This document shows positions 41,488-51,684 of a stretch of DNA of 64,000 bases, in pieces (position 1 is the stretch's first letter; each line of letters begins with the position of its first letter). The notes under the pieces were generated by a model. The model saw only the letters and a list, made by a program, of their open reading frames with translations. It was not told the origin of the DNA and ran no database searches. A program made the position numbers and the translations under genes. Location of the stretch: assembly GCF_006345805.1 (NCBI RefSeq), contig NW_021832273.1:1-64000 (forward strand), read 5' to 3'. The DNA comes from Octopus sinensis (Eukaryota).

Positions 41488-42189
41488 TAGATATGCGACA
41501 GATTATGGTACTTGTTAGAAAAGCGTGGATGGAGGTTAAAGAAACAACGATAATTAATTGTTGGAAGAAAATTGAGGAAAATAGAGAAGAATTAATTGAA
41601 GATAAAAATTGCGGAGAAGTCCTGGAAGATATAATAACTGAAGTAATATCTGAAGAAAACGAAGATCTAGTCAAAGTCGCGAATTTTATAATGGAATTGG
41701 GACATAGGACAAAACAACCATATTAGAAACGTATGAAATGGTTGATATGATGGAAGATGAAAGTACTATATCCATATCAACATTTTGGAAGATGGGTTAA
41801 AATGGATTTCATTCTCATGATTACAAGCATCCATATCTTACTACGATGAACTACAACTATAACAATAAAATACTAAAGAATCAAAATAGTATGTGGATAG
41901 AAATAATTTTAATTGAAAAACCCATATTAATAGAGATTAATTAATTGATAAAGTGAAAACAAATTTGCTTGTAAAATAAATTTTATCCAAAATATTTTAC
42001 AGCAGTCAATTTAATTAATCTTCAAACAAATAAAAAAACCAAAAATATTGTAAAAATAAAACATTGATAGCAAGAAACTATCAAATAAAAAATAAAAACA
42101 AAAATGCACAACACAAGATAAAAATATGACGTGAATAACACGTGAATAATTTATCTTATCTAATTCGATAATTAAAATAATAATTATAT

Positions 42190-45100
42190 TATTATTATTT
42201 GCAACAATTAATAATAGTTGTGTGGGTGTTGTGCATGTCCGTTCCTAATGAATGAGGAAATCGAATCCTAGGGGCCTTCCTGCGAAAAAGGATAAATATA
42301 ACATAACAAGTGCAGGAGTGTCGTCTCTGGGGCTGGATAACAGCACAAAGAAGGACTAGTATTCATGACAATCCAATTGCTGGGAATCCTACTATCCCAA
42401 CTAACTTGCATTCCCTTTCGGCCATTATCGATGATGCTATTTGTGTTTCTGAAGCTGAGTGGGTGCCTCAGATTGTTTATGCCACGAAGCAAAGAATTGG
42501 GAGGATACCAAGAGGTGGATGGAACCTTATCCGTGAGAAGTTTATTCAAAATTCTCGAAGAGTGCAAGTCTCAGTCAACTCAAAGGAATGGTTAAACCAA
42601 TGAGAGTGGATAATAATTATGGAAGCAATTGCCATCAGAAGCAATTTCTTGAGAGCTCAGAAATTTCCACTTTTAGAAAGTGTCTAGAAGAGTTGAATAT
42701 ACAAATTAAGAATATTGAATCGATTCCAAGGGATTCACGTAAACCAACTCCAAAAATTCAAAATAAATATTTGAAAACTGATATATTGACAGGATTGAAT
42801 TTGGCGATATATTATATTACGAAAGATAATCATCCTAATGATATCAATAGCATTTCTGATATTCTATATGCTGCTCAATGTGCGTATTTATCTCTAACCA
42901 TGAGAGACAAAGCACAGAGCACATGGGTAGAAAATATTGAAAAGAAATTTCAAAATTATCTGCAGAATTGGAAATTGTTAATTCCCATTCCAATCAAACA
43001 CTACCTCCATCTGAAAAGCAAAAGGTAATGGATGTTCTCTGTCGCTATGGGTATAAGAAAACTAAGAAAGGTGAGCTGTCGAGGATTCAGATATTATTGC
43101 AAGACCTGATTAGGATTAACAATAAGAAAATAGAAGTTCATAATTCAAGGAAGCAATTTCGTAAGGATAATCAGTGCTTTGAATTAAATCGAAAAAGATT
43201 CTATCGAGATTTAACAAAGAAAGAGGAAGTGACGCTGTATGGATTTGATGATGAAGAATGTGTCTCTTTTTGGCAAAAGTCTGGAGCGAGAGAAATGGGA
43301 GGCCTCAATCTTATGACGTTGTTGGAAAACGAACTACTTGTGCTGAACATATGCTTCCAGAGTTTACGGAAGAGTTTTTGGAAATGTTATTAAGTATCTT
43401 CCTGACTGGAAGGCATGTGGATGTGATGGGATATATAACTTTTTCATTAAGAAGATGGAGTCATTACATGGATTTCTGTGTCACGAGATAACCCGAATAA
43501 TTAATGGAGAGTACATGCCTGAAAGTTGGTTTTACACTGGAATAACATATTTGATTCCTAAAAAAGATGATTGTGAGACCCCGAAGGACTTACGTCCTAT
43601 AACGTGTATGCCGACATTGTATAAACTTGTCACCAAATGTGTTAATGTTAAACTGGCTGATTTTGTCGAGGCATTTGGCCTAATTTCAGACAACCAACTT
43701 GGAACGAGGAAGTATTGTCAAGGCGCCAAGGAGCAAGCTCTCATTAACCAATGTTTGAACAAGGAGTACGGGAATGGCCTTTATTCTGCTTGGGTCGATG
43801 TGAAGAAAGCATATGACTCAGTTGATCATGATTTTTTGTTTCACGTTTTGGATTGTTCTGGAATCCCGCTTTGGATCGTAAACTTTGTGAAGAGCGTAGT
43901 TAAGAAGTGGGCAGTAAAGCTGCATATGGAAGGTAGAAGAATTGGATCAGTGAAGTTAAACCGAGGAATTTTACAGGGAGACTCATTGTCTCCTTTACTA
44001 TTTGTTATGGTATTAGATCCTCTAAGCAGGATCCTTAATTCCGTGTTTCCAAAACTTGAAATTAACCAGGAAGATCCCAATATGTTAACATATTCTACTA
44101 ATCATTTGCTATTTATTGACGATCTAAAAATATTTGCTCTCAAACAAGACACTTTACTCAAAATGATGGAAGCTGTTAACGGATTTTTTAAAATTGTTGG
44201 TTTGGAGATGAATTCAGAAAAATCAGCGTCTAATTTGGAATCATTATCATGTTGTAAGACTATTGACGGAATCAATGGATATCGGTATTTGGGTGTACTT
44301 GAAGATGGTGGAAGCAATGTTCTTAAGAATAGAGTTATGGACTCTATCTTTGAGAATGTTAGAAGAAGGATAACTATGCTATCGAAAACAAACTCAACTC
44401 TGTGAATCTGTTTCGTGCTATAAATGAATATGCATTGTCACTATATAATTATTATATTGGGCTAATCAATATTGAACCTTCTGAATTTGATGATATTGAC
44501 AGACAAATACGGCAATTGCTTACGTCGCTCAGATTACATCTCAAACCTGCAAATAAAGAGAGACTGTATTTAAACCGGAAGGCTCTTGGAAGAGGGCTTT
44601 CATCAGTTGCTTTCAAAAGTGAACTAATGCTCTTTCAGTTCCTTACGAGTCTGGAAAATATGTCAACTATATGCTTACGGAGGGCGGGGATTCTGCGTGT
44701 AATTAAAATGAATAAATGGCATTTGGCTATGATCGCAGGATTTCTATCCTCCAAATATGCAATTATTGATAAGAAGAGTATTACTATGGAGTCTCTAAAG
44801 TCCAGTCAGATACAATATTTACAAAAGAAAATTAGTTCTAAAGCACTACATTCTGTGCTTTTCAAATGTGTGGATGAACCTAATGTTGATTTACCTGCAT
44901 CCTCAGAATGGCTATCTAATGGAAATAATGGGCCACGAAGCGAAGCATTGTATTGTCTTCTGCAAGATCGAAACTTGTTCTTTGCATCCGCTGACTCATT
45001 ATGCAATCATTGTAAGAAAAGCAAGAAAACTGTTGACCACATGGCTACTCAGTGTGGTAAAATGCTCAACAGTGATTATCTCCGGAGACACAACGAAGTT

Positions 45101-45803
45101 GTGAAGTGTATCCACCTTAACTTGTGCCGAATGTATGGACTCAAAAAAGCAAGACGATTGAAGGGACATTCTGTTCAGTCAACACTGTCGACGGGAAAAG
45201 TTGAAATCAGGGTTGATTGTACAATTCTCACCGAAACAAAAGTAGAATATAACAAGCCAGATATCTTTGTCCACGACAAAGTCAGAAACGAAATAAATCT
45301 AATTGAAGTGGGTATTACTTCACAGGATCGCCTCAAGCAAGTGGAGGTTGAAAAGTGTCACAAGTATGACCTATTGGCAAGTGAGCTTTCGCTTCTGTAT
45401 AGCTGTCAAGTAAAATAATTCCTGTGGTTATGACATGGATGGAGTTGTCTCGAAATGCTTCAAAAATTATATGAAGAAACTATCTATTGAAGCAGGAACG
45501 AGGACATACATCCAATCCGTTGTACTGAAAAGAACGCTCGAGAGTATGATGATCGAACACAAGCACGGAATGAAGGTATCTGGTGAAGAATACGCTTCTG
45601 CTTCCAACCGGTATGTGGAGATGGCATGCAAAAATGAAGACGACCCAATGAATGCTAAAGAAGATGCAATGGTTGAATCAGATGTGGTAGTGGGGAGTAA
45701 GAGGCAGCTGGAAGTAGACTCTCTTCCAAGAGAAGGAGAGTGGATATCAGCGAGCTGGAGTGAGATCTGCTTAGTTTCTGATTAACTATTAATTTATTAT
45801 TGG
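42190..45803 (+). mobile_element. Full-length R4/Dong-like retrotransposon (RT, CCHC, restriction-like endonuclease), several frameshifts
   Basis: LRPITC, WVDVKKAYDSV, GILQGDSLSP, LFIDD, CNHC...H...C and KPDI...LIEV. Preceded by (TTA)n; ends TTATTATTG. Confidence 0.92.
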
Positions 45804-45850
45804 TTTAAAAACGGGTTACCTTTTATTGCACATACGTAGAATCATATTAG

Positions 45851-47530
45851 TTATAATTTTACTCGTGCAGCATTAAAAACAATCCTTTGAACCAGCCTCC
45901 TCCAACCTCCTCTGTCGTGAGCGAGTTTCCTCAGCTCGTCCAGATCCTCACCACTCCTTAGCCTTTTCTTCACACATTTCAGGTCTCCGTCAAGTGTTTC
46001 CGGCAGCGTAACACGTGGACGTCCACGGAAGCTCGATCCCTCTTTCAGGAAGTAGCCCTCCATTGCTATGTTAGCTGGGGCAAGCATGTCCATTCGTAGA
46101 ATATGGCCAAATAACCTCCACCGCATATTAACGATTTCCACACTCAGAGGGCCAGTTCTGCATATTGTATAGCGATTCCTGGTTGATTCTTATAGGCCAG
46201 TTCAATCCCAGTAGGGATCTAAGTTGCCTGCGGTGAAAAGAATCGAGTCCACGTTGTTCAGTACTAGACATTCCCCAGGTCGCCGAATTATATGTCAGGA
46301 TTGGTTTGACAAAGGCTTCATACATCCTCAGACGAAGTGACGTACAGAGTCGTCGTTTGCCGATCCACTCTTTCTTTATCTTGTTCATCGTGGCCCAAGC
46401 GAGAGCCTTTCTTCTGACAATATCATGGCCGTCCCCAAGTAGAGAACCGAGTTTGTTCGTTTTGCGCCAGGCTTCACTTGAGCTGCTCTCCATCCTCATG
46501 ATTTCAACGATGTCGGTTTTTCCAACGTTCATTTTAAGGAACCATCTGTTCAGCTCAGCAGGTGCCACTTCAAGGAGTCGAAGTAAGGCCGATTTGTCGT
46601 CTGACACGAAGTCGACGTCATCTGCATATACAATTTCGACGATATTGCCAGCATAGAATTTTCGAAGGTCTCGTAGTGCCGTCTCCAGATAGATCACGAA
46701 TAGCAACGGCGAGAGGGCGTCTCCCTGAGGGGTACCGACGTTGCACGTGAATTCACGGGAAAACGCCGTGCCGACCCGCACCTTGAGCTTTGTGTTCGAT
46801 AGTAGTACTCTTATCATATTGACAGAGTCAGGGTCCAGGAATTGTTCCAGTATTTTGAGGAGTAGACCACGGCGTACCGTGTCAAAGGCCCTAGACAGGT
46901 CTATTCCCAGGACTGTTGTTGCACTTTTGTATCTCTGGGTGATAGCGCAGTACCACTTGTGGGCCCAACAGCATCGGCGGTGGATCTTCCTGTCCTAAAT
47001 CCACTATGACTCGGGGATAGATAGTTGTCCACTTGTTCTCTTATTCGGTTCAGTGTAACTAATCCCAAAAGTTTCCGTAAGGTGTTTAGCAAGATTATAG
47101 GGCGTAGATTTTCGACAGGCCCAGCCTGCTTGTTAGGCTTTTGGATCGGTATTAATAATCCGGAATCAAGACCGAGGAATTCCTTTTTCATAAACATACC
47201 ATTGAGTAGCTCCGCCAGTTGTCTGTTAGTGCAGGCGGTCCGTATTTAAACAGTTCTGAATTTATTCCAGCGTCCGTCCAGAGGAGCGGCCATTTTTAAG
47301 TTTGGCTATTGCAGTTGATACTTCACCGGTGGTGATAGGTAGGCTGAGATGAGTGGTGTATCCGCTGGTGTAATCGGATATTTCTCCGTGAGCGGTTAAT
47401 ATCTCTCGAAATACGAGGCTATATATTCAGCCTGCTCTTTGGGATTTGTGATGAATCTTCCATTGCTGTCATGGATTTTGAGTTTGTTAGTTTGTTTTTT
47501 CCTGTTGAGTAGGCGGATTGCCGTAAACAT
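45851..47530 (-). mobile_element. 5'-truncated RTE-clade element, frameshifted
   Basis: GPDRLH, LRPIILLN, GTPQGDALSP, YADD and WRLFGHILR. Confidence 0.88.
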
Positions 47531-48052
47531 TTTTAAAATAATTAGAAAATAAATTAAATAACATTCAATATCGTAAGTCTATTTGAGCAAACAAAGTGAA
47601 TTCAACCGGTTAACATTAATGAGACGTCCAGTGTACGAGCATACCAACTCCTTTTTTGACGATAAGGCCAATCAAAATGTCAAAAATTATGTCACCTGTT
47701 TTTTGATCAAAGTCAGGATAATTATTCTTCGGACCAGTCAATAAAAATTGATTTAAACTTTTCTAATTTATCGGAGATAAACAAGCTAGTTTTCTCAGCT
47801 TTCCAAGATTTAAACGATTATTAAATTCCAGTTTCGGGAACATTGTTAAAAAAATATGTCGCATGCACAACGCGCACTACGCCCTGAGCGCACATTATCG
47901 ATTAGTCATATTGTAATTTTTATAAATTTTTTCGAAATTATTGAATATAATGACACAAATGGCACTTTAAAAATATTATAATATATTTATTAATTTGTTA
48001 ATATCTTTTTTTCATCAAATTTTAATTAAATATTACGCACGCTATATACTAT

Positions 48053-48725
48053 CTGAACGAACTCATGATGAGCCCTGGAGAAGACAAAAAAAAGTCGGAT
48101 CTCTCTTAGGGGACTCTGAAGACATTATGCACAGAAAAATACTATCAATTGCCACATACAATAAGTTTATGAACATCTGGCGCCTAAAGAAGCTAAATTC
48201 AAAGACAAAACTTAAAATATACAACACATTTGTTGTCCCAGTCCTAATGTACAATGGATCGACGTGGGGAATCAGTAAGACCGATATGAACAATTTGGAC
48301 CGATTTCATCGGAACCAACTGAGAAGAGTGATAAACATGCAATTCTCAAGGAAAATAGCAAATTCCACCCTATACAAAAGATGCAATTCGAGACCGATCT
48401 CTATGGACATCCTGGAGTCCAGATGGCGACTCTTTGGACACATATTAAGACTTGACAGCCTCACTCCGCCGAATATCGCGATGGAAAACTACTTTGCCCA
48501 TTCCAAAGGAGACTTCCGTGGAAGACCCAGGGTCACTCTGGCTACCACGCTAAATGAAGATCTAGCTGGAATTAATAAAAAACTGAAAAATGGCGATGAT
48601 CTCGACTCACTCAGGACGATCGCAACTGACCGGAGAGCCTGGAGACGCATGACCGGGAGAATTTCAATGGTGGCACAAGGAAAGCTTAATTAACTTATGA
48701 CTTTTCCGAAAGTGCTTTATAATAA
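48053..48725 (+). mobile_element. 5'-truncated RTE 3' fragment
   Basis: KKVGSLLGD...WRLFGHILR, a TAA tail, and a 10-bp TSD TATATACTAT at 48043-52 and 48726-35. Confidence 0.9.
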
Positions 48726-48733
48726 TATATACT

Positions 48734-50100
48734 ATGGATTGTTCACATTTGGTTTTCCAAAACAAAAGAAGTTATATAAGAAATAACAATGAATATGATC
48801 AAATCAAGTCGATTCTCCAAGGGATCGATGTAAAGACAAGAAATAGATATCAGGAAAGAAGGCTTTTGACCAAGTCAAAATCTTTTATACTATTAAATGA
48901 CTGCCTTTATTATCGTGTTGAAAACGGGAGTCACAAATTAGTTATTACTTCTGATGATCATGAAAAAATGAGAAGACTTTGTCAAGGAATTCACGAAGTT
49001 AGCCATTCCTGTCAAAATGAACTTGAGAGATTGTGTAGGCAAAGATTTTTTTTTATTAAACGTGAAATCGTCCGTGATGTTGTTATCAACTGTGACATTT
49101 GCCGCTTTTCTGGACCTTTAAAGGACCATGATACAGAATTTCACGTTTTTGCTAATAAACCAAATGAAAGGTTTCAAATGGATTTAATCGATCTTAAAAG
49201 GTGCTTTTTCTGATTATTTTAGATTTTCTAGTTCCAATGATTCTTTTTCATGGCTGTTAACTTGTATTGATGTATACAGCAAATATGGATTCACAAGAAA
49301 GCTAAAAAATAAATCTGGACTCGAGGTTTCAAAAAATATTCAAGATATATTTATCGAGCATGGACCATGTCTATATCTACAAACAGATAATGGGACAGAG
49401 TTCAAGAATTCTTACCTTACTGACTTGTGTGGAAAATACAACATTCTCCAAATTTACGGAAGGCCTAACAATTCACGCAGTCAAGGGATCATTGAGCGAT
49501 TCAACCAAACGATTACACGCAAAATCTCGAAAATGTTATCTGAGGATAGTACCAAAAAGTGGATTAACTGTATTGGAGATGCAGTTATCTGGTATAACCT
49601 CTCTACTCATTCTTCTACGGGTTTTAAACTATTCTGTAAAAATAGGTGAAACTCCCTTTATGAGATTCAGGGGAATTCCAGGATTTAATGCAATAGTTCC
49701 AGAATATCCTTTTAGTGAATCAAGAGGTATTTATTTTTGGTCATAATTTAGAAATTTAGTTGAAATTTAGTTAGTTAATAACTATTTGTCAATTACATAT
49801 AACTTCCTCAAAAAAAAAAAAAAAATTTAGAAATTGATTTAGAAAATGCCGAACATGAACGATTCCAACAATTCGAAGAAGAGTTTAGCAAAATTTGTGC
49901 AACCCAAGGTATTAAATAATCGTCAAATTTTTTGATGAAACAAGTTTAAAAACGTCTAATAACATTGAATCGTCGAAATTTAAAATAAATTTCAGACCAA
50001 TCGATATCAACTCACCTTATTATCGTAGAATAAATAAAAAAATGTCTGTTCATCGAAATAAAAATGATTTTAAATTGGGAGATAGGGTTTTCTATAAAAA
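48734..50100 (+). CDS. Spliced Ginger integrase-type transposase (exons 48734-49200, 49223-49620, 49646-49726, 49831-~49888, then a further decayed junction)
   Basis: HHCC (IHEVSH...CDIC); FQMDLIDLK|RFSSSNDSFSWLLTCIDVYSK; LQTDNGTEF; QGIIERFNQT; HSST|GETPF. The D-D-E triad is intact after splicing. The 3' end is approximate. Confidence 0.82.
49757..49823 (+). mobile_element. 67-bp retroposed CRE 3' UTR plus poly(A)
   Basis: Similar to the tail of 14964-15154; 12-bp TSD AATTTAGAAATT at 49745-56 and 49824-35. Confidence 0.8.
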
Positions 50101-51572
50101 TTTATAAATATAGGTCCGAATAAAAAGGATTTTGGAACGAATCCTTCACTAAAATTAAATAAATTTGAAAGTCCATATGGTTCTCCGGTTAAAATTGTTC
50201 AGATTTTTCAAATAACTATGCTGAGATTGAGAAAAAAGATGGCTCAAAAGATAAAATTCAAATTCATCGCCTTAAAAAAAAAAATTAATTAATTTTTTGA
50301 ATTTTATTAAAAATTTGTTTCAATTTGAGAGTTAAACACCGATATCGCAGTGTGAAACTTTTTGTAAAAAAGGTAAGAACTTAATAAAAATTCAAGTTCC
50401 AGTAGCATAACGAATCATCTTTTTTGTATCTGAGTTCTTTGTAAAATTTATTAAATGACATAAAAACAGATAATAGATAATAAAATTAAAAATAATTACA
50501 ATATTAAATTTATAAGCTAATTTTAACCTCATATTATATTTTATTATTTCAGTATAAAAGTTTTGGCAGAATTTTTTCATCCGGTGCTGAACTTTTGTAT
50601 AATTATATACACCCATATGTTTATCAATCATTATTTATTAGCGAATCAATAATGTGCGCTCAGGGCGTAGTGCGCGTTGTGCATGTGACAAAATATTATG
50701 TTAAAAATCACCCAAGGACTCGACTTAAACTCATTTAAAGAATCGAATATATGGTTGGACCCTTTTGAAAAAGGTATGAACTATAATTCAAAACTATTCA
50801 TGGAGAGGCAAAAAGTCGTCTGAATAGTCATTGTTGCCTTTTTTGACCAGTATTATTATCTCGAACTTATGGACCTAAGAACGTGTTTAATTGTGACAAA
50901 ATGGCACTATATTTCAAACTTCTTTCATCGAAATCATTTGTTAGGTCTATAGTTATACAATTCGTGAAATCAAGAAAGTAAAAGTAAAAAATGGCTGTTT
51001 TATTTTGTTGCAATTCCGTGAATGAAAAAATGTTTCCTTTATTAATTGGGAAATATAAATTTCCAAGGTTTTTGAAAAATTTCAATCTGGAAGATAATGA
51101 AGTTATTAATGTATCTTCAAAATATTCATGGATAGCGTCATTATATTCAATGCATGGTGGATTTTAGATAGGCTAAATTTCGGTTTTTTCATAATAGGCA
51201 TTATGCATCTTTTGAAATCTTCAGCATAATGCTTTTTCAGTCATTAAAAAGTCCATATTTACCGGCTATAAAGGATGAGAAGATGAGATAACTGATGAGA
51301 AGCTCGCAACAGATTTTTTCCTGCACTAGTATTTTTATTTGATTTACTTTGTGGTTAACTTGTAAATTGGATATGAATAATACTACAAAAAAATGATGAG
51401 AAAGAAAATGAAATCTACATAGAATACAACTTTAAAACAATTTTATTATTGTATAGATATCTATTTTGTAATAACTGAATTTAAACATAAGCTGCAACAT
51501 GCTTTAAAGAAAACTATACCATTTTCAAGTCAATTTGACAATTACAAACTTCAAATGTCATCTGCAAAAATC

Positions 51573-51652
51573 CACTTCGATCGGGGCAAAGATATGGCGG
51601 TGAGATAATGCACTGTATTTCTTGATTTTTAGCGTTTCGGCCAGGTTGGCTG
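51573..51652 (-). mobile_element. 80-bp internal CRE endonuclease-region fragment
   Basis: Minus strand reads ANLAETLKIKKYSALSHRHIFAPIEV, matching the AxxAExxKxxKYSxL...PIAVE segment of CRE ORFs. Confidence 0.7.
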
Positions 51653-51684
51653 ATTTGTCAATTACAAACTTCAAGTGTCATCTG

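Larger units (their letters stand above)
38420..41800 (+). pseudogene. Decayed pogo/Tigger-like host element split by the Tc1 insertion
   Basis: FKTSNGWLDRIKERH on the left and DMRQIMVLVRKAWMEVKETTIINCWKK on the right. The frame rejoins as KI|DMR across the TA. Confidence 0.65.
47857..50690 (+). mobile_element. Ginger/TDD-like DNA transposon (G1) with both ends
   Basis: ~47-bp TIR TGTC(G/A)CATGCACAACGCGCACTACGCCCTGAGCGCACATTAT, TGT...ACA ends, and a 5-bp TSD AAATA at 47852-56 and 50691-95. Confidence 0.93.
47600..51400 (+). pseudogene. Decayed pogo/Tigger-like host split by the Ginger insertion
   Basis: IPVSGTLLKK to the left of the Ginger element; FKESNIWL...TIHGEAKS and NVFNCD...LYFKLL to the right. 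Confidence 0.55.

Noticed and set aside
42190-45803. Programmed frameshifting or introns explaining the split R4/Dong ORF
   Set aside because: Breaks are single-base indels, often in homopolymers, with no GT-AG segments; the sister copy at 58427-58852 is open across one of them.
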